A DNA stretch of 64,000 bases from Candidatus Thermosaccharophagus tengchongensis (GCA_032161105.1 JAVHTD010000013.1), one strand, 5' to 3'. Counted from the stretch's first letter, positions 49,042-59,862 are shown. The notes: generated by a model not told the origin, from the letters alone. Numbers and translations are program-made.

Positions 49042-50103
49042 ATGAAGGTGCAAAGCAAAGTGACTTTGGAGATGGTCATGGAAATGCTGCGCAAAGTGAC
49101 AGACCCAGAGTTAAGGCGCGACATAGTCACTGCCGGGATGGTCAAGGATGTGGAAGTTGAGGGCGGGAGGGTGAAGTTTACGCTTGAGCTAACAACCCCG
49201 GCATGCCCACTGCGCGATTACTTGGTAACGGCTGCAAAGCAAGCTGTTGAGAGCCTGCCCGGCGTTGAACAAGTTGAAGTCAATGTGACTGCAAGAGTCC
49301 CACAACAAGCCCGCAAGCGTGAACTTATACCGCTGGTCAAAAATGTGATCGCCATTGGGAGTGGCAAAGGGGGCGTCGGAAAAACTACAGTGACGGTGAA
49401 TGTGGCAGTCGCGCTCTCGCAAATGGGTGCGAATGTCGGATTGCTTGACGGCGACATCTACGGACCGAATGTGCCAAGGATGCTCGGAGTGCACGGACAA
49501 CCGAAGGTTGTTAGCGGGAAAATACTCCCGCTAACAGCATGGGGCGTGAAAGTGATATCCATTGGCTTCTTCGTTGAACAGGATGCGCCCGTCATTTGGC
49601 GTGGACCGATGCTGCATAAGGCTGTTGAGCAACTCCTGAGCGATGTCAACTGGGGCGAACTTGACTACTTATTTGTTGACCTTCCACCCGGAACTGGCGA
49701 TGTGCAAATAAGCCTATCACAGCTAATTGAGCTCGGTGGCGCCGTTGTGGTTACCACGCCACAAGATGTCGCTCTCTACGATGCGCTTAAAAGCGCGGCA
49801 ATGTTTGAGAAAACAAACACGCCAATCCTCGGCATCGTTGAAAACATGAGCTACTTCATTTGCCCACACTGCGGACAGCGCACCGACATTTTCCCGCGAG
49901 GCAGCATTGAGGAAGAATGCAAGAGGAGAAACATACGCTACCTTGGCGCAATACCAATCGCACCAGAAGTGTCACGCACAAGCGAATCCGGAAAGCCCAT
50001 CGTCATCGCTGAGCCACACTCACAAGCTGCAATTGCGCTATACGAAGTGGCAAGGCAAATAGCAGCCTCAATAAGCATTTCGGCGCTATCTAAGCCGTTA
50101 TAG
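49042..50103 (+). CDS. mrp: Mrp/ApbC Fe-S cluster carrier ATPase with N-terminal DUF59 domain
   Basis: DPEL, LTTPACP, SGKGGVGKTT, DIYGP, WRGPM, DLPPGTGD, ENMS..CPHC. Confidence 0.95.
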   Translation: MKVQSKVTLEMVMEMLRKVTDPELRRDIVTAGMVKDVEVEGGRVKFTLELTTPACPLRDYLVTAAKQAVESLPGVEQVEVNVTARVPQQARKRELIPLVKNVIAIGSGKGGVGKTTVTVNVAVALSQMGANVGLLDGDIYGPNVPRMLGVHGQPKVVSGKILPLTAWGVKVISIGFFVEQDAPVIWRGPMLHKAVEQLLSDVNWGELDYLFVDLPPGTGDVQISLSQLIELGGAVVVTTPQDVALYDALKSAAMFEKTNTPILGIVENMSYFICPHCGQRTDIFPRGSIEEECKRRNIRYLGAIPIAPEVSRTSESGKPIVIAEPHSQAAIALYEVARQIAASISISALSKPL

Positions 50104-50203
50104 CCCTGATTATGCCAAAGGGCACACGGGGTGATTCACGAGAAAGCCGCTGTTTCGCCCACCTGAGGGCTATCCACAAAATCCAGAAGAATCCAAAATA
50201 ACC

Positions 50204-51568
50204 CTATAATTCCCACCCGACACGATACTCCCTGTGGAGGAGGGAGTTCGCCTCAACGCAATTGACGATTCTCCCAGAAATTGGGTCATATTCAATCGGA
50301 TGACCGACTTGCAAAGCGACATTGCCGAGCAAAATTGCCTCAGTCAATGGACACGAGTAGCCAAAATTTGCCATCGGCGTCCCTTCTCCCTTGCACGCGA
50401 GCACCCACTCTCGGTAATGCCCGACAGAACGCGGCATTTTTTGCGGTATCTCTTCAATCCCCTCAAATTCCTTTTGCGGGAGCAAGACGAAGCGCGAGTG
50501 AACTGTATCAGTTGTCAGGAGAGAGCCCCTTGACCCAACAAGCAAGCAACCCACATCAGTAACCTGATGACCCATAAGTAGGTCCTCTTTTGGCTTTTTC
50601 CCGCCATTATACCAAGTGAGCGACACCGGCGGCAATTCACCCCTCTTCGGGAATTCATAGTGCACCACAACCCATCTTGAATAAGTTTCCGGGTGAATTT
50701 CGGAGGCTTCTCCCCAAACTCGTATGGTAGCTCCTTTCGGTGCCCTATCTGGATCCCAAAGCTCATCCAGCTTTAGCGCCATGAATGCCAAATTAACAAT
50801 GTGGCAGCCAAAATCACCCAAAACTCCGGAACCAAATGCCCTCCAATTGCGCCAGCGCCCGCGAATGTAAATCGGATGAAATGGGCGATATTCAGCCGGT
50901 CCAAGCCACAAATCCCAATCAAGCCCATCCGGCACAGGGTGTTGACCTTCCGGTCTATCCATTGGACTATTCCCACCACTTATCCAGCAGTGAACCTCGC
51001 GAACTTCGCCAATAACACCATATTGCACCAACTCAACTGCCCTTCTAAATGCCTCACTTGCAGTGCCTTGATTGCCCATCTGGGTTGATACCTTCGCCTC
51101 TTTAGCCAATTCGCACAACTTGCGAGCCTCAAAAATCGTCCTTGTAAGTGGTTTTTCGCAATAAACATGCTTTTTGGCACGCAGGGCTGCTGCCACAGCA
51201 ACTGCATGTGTATGGTCTGGTGTCGCCACAACTACAGCGTCAATTTTGTCGCCAATTTCCCCCATCATTTTCCGAAAATCGCTATACTTTGCCGAATCCG
51301 GAAAGCGATTGAATGAATCCGCAGCATACTCCTCATCAACATCGCAAAGTCCAACAATATTCTCACCCATGCCAGAAAAGATGTTCACCAAATCTCGCCC
51401 CCTGCCACCCACCCCAACGAATGCTATGTTGAGCTTCTCGTTAGCTTGGTAGCTCCATACCGATTTTGAGTTTTTGAGGAACATAAATCCGGAGGCGCTG
51501 AGGGCAATTAACCTCGAAAATTTCCGCCTGTCCAATCGCTTATTGCCGCCACCGTTCACCCGGACCAC
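50204..51568 (-). CDS. Gfo/Idh/MocA oxidoreductase with Tat-like signal
   Basis: DRRKF twin-arginine-like motif, GVGGRG, TPDHTH, CEKP, QMGNQ, WDLWLGPA, GDFGCH. Confidence 0.9.
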   Translation of the reverse strand: MVRVNGGGNKRLDRRKFSRLIALSASGFMFLKNSKSVWSYQANEKLNIAFVGVGGRGRDLVNIFSGMGENIVGLCDVDEEYAADSFNRFPDSAKYSDFRKMMGEIGDKIDAVVVATPDHTHAVAVAAALRAKKHVYCEKPLTRTIFEARKLCELAKEAKVSTQMGNQGTASEAFRRAVELVQYGVIGEVREVHCWISGGNSPMDRPEGQHPVPDGLDWDLWLGPAEYRPFHPIYIRGRWRNWRAFGSGVLGDFGCHIVNLAFMALKLDELWDPDRAPKGATIRVWGEASEIHPETYSRWVVVHYEFPKRGELPPVSLTWYNGGKKPKEDLLMGHQVTDVGCLLVGSRGSLLTTDTVHSRFVLLPQKEFEGIEEIPQKMPRSVGHYREWVLACKGEGTPMANFGYSCPLTEAILLGNVALQVGHPIEYDPISGRIVNCVEANSLLHREYRVGWEL

Positions 51569-51575
51569 CCCTCTG

Positions 51576-53768
51576 TCAATTGCATCTTGACAGCGCTATA
51601 GTTCTCCGTGAACCCGCAAGGTTAAGCGCTTGGCTACTTTCGCCCTCAACTTCATAGACATGCCTTTCATAACCGGCAAAGTTGTCAATTAAAGCGCCAT
51701 TACGGATGGTTACTTTGCGATTTTCAAACAGCACTCTGGCTCTCAAATTCTGCCTCAGCCACGGCAAGTTGATTCTCACATCCCGCTGTGGTTCAGCACT
51801 TGAATTCACCGTGATAATGTAAAGTTTTCCGCCGTATTCCCTGATGGCGAAGTGTATATGCTCGCTATCCACTTTAGCCTCCCGTTTAGGCTGCGGTGAT
51901 AGGATGACTGGTGCCAGTTCCCTTAACTCAAGCGATAAGTTCACAAGTCTCTCCCAAATCTGGCGATTTCTTTGGGCGCCATCAAATGAGAAGTAAATGA
52001 TGCCATTGACACCTTGCGCTAATGATACATAAGTTGATGCGACCATTTGTTCGGGCGTCACTTTCCCGAATGCCTCTGTCACAAGCCAAATAGGTCGCTC
52101 ATCCTTAACTGCGCGCTTCAAAACGCCAATTGTGCGAATTAAATGGGCAATTGGTGATGGCTTATAGGTGGGGAAATCGTTGAAGGAATACTCATCGGTT
52201 GAGATGATGTCAACTGTATCCGAATACTGATAGATGTTGCTATCAGCCCAAGGCATTACAACTGCCCATGTTAGGTGATTTGGATCGGATTGACGCAAAA
52301 GCTTGCTTGCAATCCTGACCTCGGGTGGTGGGACAGTCCATCTTGCGTGGTCAGGTTCATCACAGACATACCAACCCAAAATTGCGGGATGTTCCTTCAA
52401 TTCCTCCACCGCTTTTGGAGCCTGCCATGGGAGGTGCGCCCTCATCAAGCCAGTGAGCCCAATTGAGACCATAATCCCATTTTCGTAGCATCTGTCAAGG
52501 AAGTCAAAACCGGAAAAGCCCCCAGCACCACCAACAATGTCGGTGACGATGAGGTTAAACCCTGTGCCTTTGAGCGCATCTGGGGTTGCACCGTAGATGC
52601 CAATCGGGAAGAATGGCTTACCATTGACGAAAACGGTTGTCCCCCTAATCTCCGCCTTGCTTGGCTTCATTTTGGCCCTTATTTCCGCTGCGCCTTCTTG
52701 GCGCTTTTCTTCCCCTTTCCGGACGAGAGAAACCGCATCAACAAACAAAGTCCCACCGCCAACGCTGTAGATGTAAAGTCGCACATCAACATCCCTTTGC
52801 ACCACCACTTCATACTCTCGCTTTTCCCACTCCCTTGGGACATCAAATCGCGGCGAACGCTGATTCTTCGTTATTTCTGGCGGAGTCTCCGCCTTTGTCC
52901 CCTCAAGTGCCCAAAACATCCGCACACCCTCGCCTTTCCCCTTGACATAGAAAGTGAGCTGGTAAGTTCCCGGGCTAAGATGAAACGGTTGATGAGTCCA
53001 GATGCCACCTCTGCCCACCCTTTGGCAGATTATCGCAGCAGATGCCATCCCAGAGCATGCATCTTCGCCGGTGCCATTTCCGAAGATGTATAGCCCACCA
53101 TCCCACTGTCCCCATGAACCCCAGTTTTGCAATCCCAGTTCAAAATCGCCGTTTACGATGATATTATTTGGCGGAACAAGCGGTGGCTTTGGCTCCCCTT
53201 TCGGCAACAGCCAACTGTCGTCATCTTCGCCCCTCGTCAAACGGATGTTGTCAATCACGAGTGCGCCACTCGGACGCTCGCAGAAAAATGCCAACCTATC
53301 AACCTGTGAAACATCAATTGCGCCGCTCATGCCCCAGATGGAAAATTCAACGACATTGAAGCCAGAATGGACGAAGTAATACCACGATGTGTATTGGTTA
53401 CCCTTTCGGTCATAAACACGCAAAGTGAGATTGATTGGCTCCCCTTCACGATGCACATCCAACTTAACCTTATCCCAGCCGCTAAAATTAAGGGGCTTTT
53501 CCCCGGATTTGATGATGAAGATAGGGGATGGCGCTGTCATGTCAACCCTGAGGGCATTTCTGCCATCTGTGGCATTCTGAGTCACAATTTGAAGGTTGGC
53601 AGCACCGCTGCACTGCCCTAACTCCGAAGCTGCCTCAAACGAAAAGAGCACTTTGCTTTCCTGAGCCGGTTTCGGACTTGCACGATTTGGGACGATAACA
53701 CAAACTAAACTAATTAGCCCCACTAAAGGGCACAATCCAACCATGGCAAGCCTCCCCATCGTTGTCAC
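51576..53768 (-). CDS. Secreted protein with two CBM-like jelly-roll domains and a putative glycoside-hydrolase TIM barrel
   Basis: N-terminal hydrophobic signal; IDNIRL and NGDFE...VDAVSL CBM4/9-like motifs; NGKPFFPIGIY, HPAILGWYVCDEPD. Confidence 0.65.
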   Translation of the reverse strand: MTTMGRLAMVGLCPLVGLISLVCVIVPNRASPKPAQESKVLFSFEAASELGQCSGAANLQIVTQNATDGRNALRVDMTAPSPIFIIKSGEKPLNFSGWDKVKLDVHREGEPINLTLRVYDRKGNQYTSWYYFVHSGFNVVEFSIWGMSGAIDVSQVDRLAFFCERPSGALVIDNIRLTRGEDDDSWLLPKGEPKPPLVPPNNIIVNGDFELGLQNWGSWGQWDGGLYIFGNGTGEDACSGMASAAIICQRVGRGGIWTHQPFHLSPGTYQLTFYVKGKGEGVRMFWALEGTKAETPPEITKNQRSPRFDVPREWEKREYEVVVQRDVDVRLYIYSVGGGTLFVDAVSLVRKGEEKRQEGAAEIRAKMKPSKAEIRGTTVFVNGKPFFPIGIYGATPDALKGTGFNLIVTDIVGGAGGFSGFDFLDRCYENGIMVSIGLTGLMRAHLPWQAPKAVEELKEHPAILGWYVCDEPDHARWTVPPPEVRIASKLLRQSDPNHLTWAVVMPWADSNIYQYSDTVDIISTDEYSFNDFPTYKPSPIAHLIRTIGVLKRAVKDERPIWLVTEAFGKVTPEQMVASTYVSLAQGVNGIIYFSFDGAQRNRQIWERLVNLSLELRELAPVILSPQPKREAKVDSEHIHFAIREYGGKLYIITVNSSAEPQRDVRINLPWLRQNLRARVLFENRKVTIRNGALIDNFAGYERHVYEVEGESSQALNLAGSRRTIALSRCN

Positions 53769-53774
53769 CCCCCA

Positions 53775-55172
53775 TTACGGCGAGTAGTAATTCCAGACCG
53801 CTTTCGTGCGCCGGTAATGCTGCTGCGTCCACAGCCTCGGACGGTCTGGGTTCGGATTTGGCGCTTCGTTCTGGTAAATGTGGAGTTCATTGCCAGAGAG
53901 CACGACCAGCTCCTCACGCCAATCACCGGAGACATCGGCAACATACAATCGGTCGGCTTTCTCCCTGAAGCGTGCGACAAACTTTCCCGTCAAAGGCTCA
54001 ATGACTGCGACATCGCCGGATTTGTGCCGCTCCTTTGCAGCGATGTGCTGGCGCCCTGTGCCATCCCAATGGATGGCAAAAATCACCTCAATGCCTTTCT
54101 CCGTCCAATCCGATGGCGCAACCTTGCTCAACTCATAGTCAGCGATAACCTTGCCAAAGGAATCAAAGACCCATGGCTTCTGATGGACATCGTATCGGCT
54201 GCGGCACCAGATTTCCAAGCCATAGCGGTCAGTATCAAATTCGCCGACGGCGGCATTTTGCGGCTCTTGGCGCTTATGGTCTGAGACCCAAATTAACCCT
54301 CCCATGCCAAACAGAAAAACTCGGTTTGCACCCTCCTCAAGAGCCACAACTTCTAAGCCATTAATGTCTGGTCGGACATCGGCAATGAAAACGCTGTCAA
54401 GGTGACCACGAACATCGGGCAGGCGAAAGATTTCCCTCCCATCATGGGCAAGGATGCAACCGCTGATGATTTCATCACGACCGTCGCCATTCAAATCGGC
54501 GACTCGCAACCCATTATGGGCACACGCGAGGAAGTCATCGCGCTGCCAAAGCGGCTTCATGTTGCCCTTCCGCAGCTCCTCAAGGGCAAATGCAGCCACA
54601 TAGCGCCCCATACGATAACCCTTTGCATTCGTCGCCTGCAAAACGATGTCTCTGTCGCCTTCGCCACGCAGGTTGACAACAGCGATGTGCTCCCACCTTT
54701 CAGCGCCTTCAGGGATTGGCGGTTTCGCATTCCATTTCGTTTTTCCTGTAGCGCCGTCAACGATATGAAGCGTGCTATCATTGGTCAAAAACAGGACTTC
54801 GGTTCGCCCATCTCCATCTATGTCTGCTGCCTGAACTCCAGCGCCGTGATGCCCAGGCAAACCTTCGCTCTCAGCGCTACCGCCCACCCTCAAATCAACT
54901 TTGAGCACCCAGAGCTTTCTTCCATCCCATCGGTAGGCAGCGACATGCCCGCGAACGGTAACGAGATAGTCCATCCGACCATCGTTATCCAAATCGGAGA
55001 CAATCATGCCCCCTGCGCTTTCCTCGTAGCTTTGAATTGGCGGTATGTCAAGCTTGATGACGAACGGGTTTTGCTGGTAGTGTGAGGTTTGCTGTTTCTG
55101 ACTTGCACTTGTGGCTGACAAGCCAAGCAAGAACAACAGAACAGCTGCCTCAGCTGCCCCTTTACCCATCAT
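53775..55172 (-). CDS. Secreted FG-GAP/beta-propeller protein, rhamnogalacturonan lyase (PL11)-like
   Basis: Signal peptide; Ca-binding blades DLDNDGRMD, DIDGDGRTE, DLNGDGRDE, ADVSGDWREE. Confidence 0.65.
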   Translation of the reverse strand: MMGKGAAEAAVLLFLLGLSATSASQKQQTSHYQQNPFVIKLDIPPIQSYEESAGGMIVSDLDNDGRMDYLVTVRGHVAAYRWDGRKLWVLKVDLRVGGSAESEGLPGHHGAGVQAADIDGDGRTEVLFLTNDSTLHIVDGATGKTKWNAKPPIPEGAERWEHIAVVNLRGEGDRDIVLQATNAKGYRMGRYVAAFALEELRKGNMKPLWQRDDFLACAHNGLRVADLNGDGRDEIISGCILAHDGREIFRLPDVRGHLDSVFIADVRPDINGLEVVALEEGANRVFLFGMGGLIWVSDHKRQEPQNAAVGEFDTDRYGLEIWCRSRYDVHQKPWVFDSFGKVIADYELSKVAPSDWTEKGIEVIFAIHWDGTGRQHIAAKERHKSGDVAVIEPLTGKFVARFREKADRLYVADVSGDWREELVVLSGNELHIYQNEAPNPNPDRPRLWTQQHYRRTKAVWNYYSP

Positions 55173-55210
55173 GTGTCACCTCAGCGCGATTGCATCCGTC
55201 GCTTAAGGCA

Positions 55211-56059
55211 TCAACCTTCAACCTCCTTCAATGCTTCCTCTAACACGCCCTCATCAATTTCAAACGAGTGCTCAGCTGTCGGAAATGAACCATCCTTGAC
55301 CTCGGAAATGTATCTTCTGACCGCTTCATCCATGAGCTCGTATGCATTCAGATAGCGCTTTGCGTGCCTTGGCGTCTTCGCCAGTAGCAACCCGACAAGG
55401 TCGTGGAAGACGAGTATTTGACCGTCACAGTCCTGACCCGAACCGATGCCGATCGTCGGTATTGACAGGCGCTCAGTTATGACCTTGCTCAACTTCGCAG
55501 GGACACATTCAAGCACTATGCCGAAACAACCTGCACGCTCAAGCTCAATTGCAGCGGAGATGAGCTCTGCCGCTTCCTTCGCCCTCCTCCCAAGAACCCT
55601 CGGACCGCCAAGCTGCAAAATCCATTGCGGTGTAAAGCCGATGTGCCCAAGCACTGGTATGCCAGCATCAACAATTGCTCGCACAATGTTGACGACGCTC
55701 CCAGCACCCTCAACTTTAACGGCTTCTGCACCGCACTCCTTAACAAACCTGCCAGCATTCTTGATTGCCTCCTCAACTGATGCCTGATACGACATGAATG
55801 GCATATCAGCAACGAGCAATGCCCTCTTCACGCCCCTCCTGACAGCTTTAACATGGTGCACCATTTCATCCATCGTCACAGGGAGCGTGTTCTCGTAACC
55901 CAACACGACATTACCGACCGAATCGCCAACGAGTATCATGTCAATCCCAGCGCCGTCAACGAGCATTGCTGTCGGATAGTCGTATGCGGTAATTGCCGTG
56001 ATCTTCTCGCCAGATGACTTGCGCTCAAGCAGCGTTTGTATGGTCACTTTGCGCTCCAT
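55211..56059 (-). CDS. panB: 3-methyl-2-oxobutanoate hydroxymethyltransferase
   Basis: TAYDY, LVGDS, DMPF, VKVEG, GHIGFTPQ, IGIGSG..CDGQILV; start ATG 56059. Confidence 0.97.
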   Translation of the reverse strand: MERKVTIQTLLERKSSGEKITAITAYDYPTAMLVDGAGIDMILVGDSVGNVVLGYENTLPVTMDEMVHHVKAVRRGVKRALLVADMPFMSYQASVEEAIKNAGRFVKECGAEAVKVEGAGSVVNIVRAIVDAGIPVLGHIGFTPQWILQLGGPRVLGRRAKEAAELISAAIELERAGCFGIVLECVPAKLSKVITERLSIPTIGIGSGQDCDGQILVFHDLVGLLLAKTPRHAKRYLNAYELMDEAVRRYISEVKDGSFPTAEHSFEIDEGVLEEALKEVEG

Positions 56060-56141
56060 CACACCCCACCTCACCCAATTGCATTGTTTGGTTGTGTTGA
56101 GCCCTGCGCACTTCGGAGATTCAATGCGCCACAGCGCGGAT

Positions 56142-57287
56142 TCAATCCCACCACCGCAATTTCGTGAATGAGCCGAGCATCCAACCGACGATGAACGGCA
56201 GCAACACAAAACTGCCACCCCACATTACGATGACACCAACGCTCTCGGAAAGCAATGCAAAGAGGAAGGCGATGAGCCAACTTAACCCAAGCGCAATAAA
56301 CAGCGATGCCTCCCAGTCATCATTCCACCACGAGAGCAAAATTGCGACGATGATGGAGAGGTAAAAGTTCAACAGCGCGCTAAGCACTATTAGGACGCCA
56401 ACTGGTGCACCGCCCTTTGTGAGGAGCGTCGGCTCACCGCCATAGAACAAAACTCTGTCGGCTGACTTCAACCAACCGCCATAGTGAAGAAGCCAACCGC
56501 AGAGCAATCCGCAAAGCGCAGCAAGCCATACGAATGATTGCGGTATCGGAAAGAATTCAGAGAGGGCTTCCTTTGTGGACTTGTGAAATGCATAAAGGCA
56601 AAGCACAATCACAGCGACGGTGATGACGAGCATGGATGTCTTCACAAATGGCGATGGCTCGGCTTTGCCCTTTTCCCTTGGCGCACTTACAGCCCGCCCT
56701 GCGCGCTTGCTGAGGAGACGCTCAACTTGCATGCTATAGTAAGGGTTGCTCGGCGCAAGTTGTGCTGCGTATGAGAAATACTCGGCAGCTTTTTCAATGT
56801 TGCCCATGCGCTCAAATATTTCGGCGAGCAGTTCATACACCTGTGGGTTCTTCGGCTCAGCCGATATGACCTTGCGACATAGCTCAAGCGCCCTTTTGAT
56901 GTCGCCACGCAACATGTGCTGCTCTGCCTCAATGAGCAGCGATAGCGGCGTGCGCCTGCGCCTCTCCTCAAGCCACGAAAATGGCGCAGCTTCAACATCA
57001 GCACCCATTTCGCCTTGTGCCGAGCCAATTGGTATGCCGAGTTGGCGGCTGAGCCTCGCATCGTATGCGGCACGCTTAACTGGGTCAATAAGCGTCTGAT
57101 ATGCGTCAACGATTTGGACGAACTTCTCATGCGCTGCGAGCTTATCAACTGCAACATCGGGATGAAACTTGCGAACGAGTTCCCTGTAGCGTTTCTTTAT
57201 CGTCAGCGCATCGGCATCGTATGGGACGCCAAGCACCTCGTAGTAGTTGACGAGCTCATCGCCGTCCATCTGCATGGACACCCTCAA
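56142..57287 (-). CDS. J-domain + TPR + multi-TM membrane protein
   Basis: NYYEVLGV...KFHPD...AYQTL..P.KR..YD; two TPR-like repeats; several C-terminal hydrophobic helices. Confidence 0.85.
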   Translation of the reverse strand: MRVSMQMDGDELVNYYEVLGVPYDADALTIKKRYRELVRKFHPDVAVDKLAAHEKFVQIVDAYQTLIDPVKRAAYDARLSRQLGIPIGSAQGEMGADVEAAPFSWLEERRRRTPLSLLIEAEQHMLRGDIKRALELCRKVISAEPKNPQVYELLAEIFERMGNIEKAAEYFSYAAQLAPSNPYYSMQVERLLSKRAGRAVSAPREKGKAEPSPFVKTSMLVITVAVIVLCLYAFHKSTKEALSEFFPIPQSFVWLAALCGLLCGWLLHYGGWLKSADRVLFYGGEPTLLTKGGAPVGVLIVLSALLNFYLSIIVAILLSWWNDDWEASLFIALGLSWLIAFLFALLSESVGVIVMWGGSFVLLPFIVGWMLGSFTKLRWWD

Positions 57288-57536
57288 GCACCGCCCAAAG
57301 GGAAACGAATCGGCTTCCCAATCATAGCTCGCATGCCTTCAAAAATCTGCCACTAACAAGTTTGACGCTGCCCCAATGCGAGACAACCCTTTTGCAGTGC
57401 TCCTTTCAAACAGCGCCAGCTAAGCATCCGAAATGAATTGGCGATGAGCCTAATGAAATGCAGCCGCCCAAAGGTGCGAGTTTAATTGCGCAGGCTGCCA
57501 TCAATCCGAAAAATGCCACCAGCTGCGCAAGCCAAA

Positions 57537-57565
57537 TTGCGTCACCAACGCGTTAGCATTACCAT
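57537..57565 (+). promoter_or_regulatory. Possible sigma70-type promoter
   Basis: TTGCGT, 17-nt spacer, TACCAT, about 70 nt before ATG 57634. Confidence 0.4.
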
Positions 57566-57633
57566 GAGGGAATCATCGTCTTTGGGCAACTCAAAGCAAC
57601 TTAAACTGCGGTGCGAGTTAGGGGGTGAATAAG

Positions 57634-58908
57634 ATGCGTCTGGCGAAAGAAAGGCTCGGTGTCGGAATTGTCGGGAGCGGCTTCATGGCACGCTTCCATG
57701 TGCAAAGCTGGGTCAATGTGAGGGATGCCGACATCACCGCAATATGCAGCACGAATGAGAAAACGGCATCTGAGCTTGCGGCATTATGCAAGCAATTGGA
57801 TGTCGGGGAACCGAAGGTATACACCGACATAAGGGAGTTTGTGAGAGACCCGAATGTTGAAGCTGTTTGGGTGGCTGCACCAAACTATGCTCGCCTTGAG
57901 ATTGCGGAAGCCATAGCCGATGAAGTGAAAAGCGGCAAGGCGGAACTCAAGGGCATAGCTTGGGAGAAGCCGATGGCTCGCACGGTCGCAGAGGGGAAAC
58001 GCATACTTGAGGTGATTGAATCCGCCGGGCTCAATCACGGCTATTTGGAGAATCAACTTTACGCTCCATCGGTAGTCAGGGGCAAGGAGCTAATCTGGCG
58101 AAGGGGCGTCCCAATTGCAGGCACACCATACCTTGCAAGGTGCGCCGAGGAACACAGTGGTCCTCACCGCCCATGGTTCTGGATTGGTGAAAAGCAGGGT
58201 GGCGGAGTGCTAAATGACATGCTATGTCACAGCGTTGCTGCCGGTTGGTTCTTGCTCACGCCGCTTGATCAGCGTTTGGAGGCGCTTACACCAAAGACTG
58301 TGACCGCAACGATTGCCTGCCTCAAGTGGTCACGCCCGCAATACATTGAGAGGCTGAAGGCGATGACGGATGGCGAAGTTGACTACGCAAAGGCGCCAGC
58401 AGAGGATTACGCCACGGCTGAAGTTGTGTTTGAGACACCGGATGGCGAGCATGTCATTGTTCAAGCCACAACATCTTGGAGCTTCGTCGGAGCGGGTCTG
58501 CGCCTGACATTTGAAGTGCTCGGTCCTGAGTATTCACTCTTCATCAACTCGCTTGACACTGAGGGGCGGATATTCTTCAGCAGGGAAGTGAAAGGACCAG
58601 CTGGAGAAGATCTGGTTGAGAAGCAGAATGCGGAGCAGGGTCTGATGCCATTCCTCGCCGACGAAACATTCACCTACGGCTATATCTCCGAGAACAGGCA
58701 CATGGTCAAGTGCTTCCTTGAGGGCAAACGCCCGTTCAGCACGCTCCATGAGGGCTTGCGCATAACTGAGTTGCTAATGGCATGCTACATGGCTGCCGAG
58801 TTGAAACGCACATTGCCGTTCCCGCCGGATGGGCTTGATGAATTTGTGCCGCAAGTCGCAACCGGCACCTGGCGCCCGGAAAGCATCGCACAAGTCGCAG
58901 CAACATGA
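57634..58908 (+). CDS. Gfo/Idh/MocA oxidoreductase
   Basis: GIVGSGFMA, EKP, YLEN, EEHSGPH, GGGVLNDMLCH. Confidence 0.9.
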   Translation: MRLAKERLGVGIVGSGFMARFHVQSWVNVRDADITAICSTNEKTASELAALCKQLDVGEPKVYTDIREFVRDPNVEAVWVAAPNYARLEIAEAIADEVKSGKAELKGIAWEKPMARTVAEGKRILEVIESAGLNHGYLENQLYAPSVVRGKELIWRRGVPIAGTPYLARCAEEHSGPHRPWFWIGEKQGGGVLNDMLCHSVAAGWFLLTPLDQRLEALTPKTVTATIACLKWSRPQYIERLKAMTDGEVDYAKAPAEDYATAEVVFETPDGEHVIVQATTSWSFVGAGLRLTFEVLGPEYSLFINSLDTEGRIFFSREVKGPAGEDLVEKQNAEQGLMPFLADETFTYGYISENRHMVKCFLEGKRPFSTLHEGLRITELLMACYMAAELKRTLPFPPDGLDEFVPQVATGTWRPESIAQVAAT

Positions 58909-59013
58909 TTTGCCCTGCGAGCTTTACGGCGGCAGAAAAACAACTGCCGCATCAGCACCGAATGGAGCTCAAGGAGTGCAGTATCATTCGCTGGTTGCGT
59001 TGTGGGATGTCCA

Positions 59014-59847
59014 CTACTCTGAAAGCATCTGGCGCAGCTTGTTAAGCGCTCTTCTCAGAAGCCTTGAGACATGCATTTGCGATATGCCGAGGCGCTTTGC
59101 AATCTCGGTTTGCGGCAGCCCTTCATAGAATGTCATCCCAATGATTTTCCGCTCGCGTTCATCAAGCCTCTCCATAGCCTGTTCTATAGCATGCCTTAAT
59201 ATCATCCTCTCAAACTCAATTTCGTCGTCGCTGCCAACCAGCTCTGAAGCTGGCTGCCCCTCATCCTCATCGTGTGTTGCCTTCGCATCATCATCAAGCG
59301 ATCCCAAGTCATAGTAGTGTGCGAGCTCAAGCGCTTCAAGCGCCACCTCCTCATCAACTCCGAGTGCTTGGGCGACCTCCCTCACCGTTGGTGAGCGATT
59401 GAGCTGCCTTGAAAGCTCTTCAATCGCTCTTCTCGCCTGTTGGTTGAGCTCTTGCAGTTTCCTCGGAACACGCACATCCCAACCTCTGTCTCGGAAGTAA
59501 CGCTTTATCTCGCCCAGTATCGTCGGAACTGCAAAGCTCGTGAACTTGTTCCCCCTGTCTGGGTCATACCTATCAACGGCTTTGATGAGCCCATACCATG
59601 CAACCTGAACCAAATCCTCGTATGGCTCACCCCTATCTCGGAAACGCCTCGCAATAGCATGAACTAAGTTTGAATGCCTCTCAATGATTTCCTCGCGGAT
59701 GGCCGGATCACGCGTCCTCCTATACTCCCTGAACAAATCCTCAACATCATGCCACACTGGAAGTCCATCAAAGCCCCCTTCCAAAACCCCATCATTGAGC
59801 CTTTCGTCATCTCGCTCCGCCTTCGTCCCCTTGCTCACCGTTCTCAC
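59014..59847 (-). CDS. Group 3 sigma factor, SigB/SigF/SigG family
   Basis: LVHAIARRF...EDLVQV...GLIKAVDRYDP, FAVPTILGEIKRYFRD.GW.VRVPR, QTEIAKRLGISQMHVSRL. Confidence 0.95.
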   Translation of the reverse strand: MRTVSKGTKAERDDERLNDGVLEGGFDGLPVWHDVEDLFREYRRTRDPAIREEIIERHSNLVHAIARRFRDRGEPYEDLVQVAWYGLIKAVDRYDPDRGNKFTSFAVPTILGEIKRYFRDRGWDVRVPRKLQELNQQARRAIEELSRQLNRSPTVREVAQALGVDEEVALEALELAHYYDLGSLDDDAKATHDEDEGQPASELVGSDDEIEFERMILRHAIEQAMERLDERERKIIGMTFYEGLPQTEIAKRLGISQMHVSRLLRRALNKLRQMLSE

Positions 59848-59862
59848 CCCGACGGGACTTAG

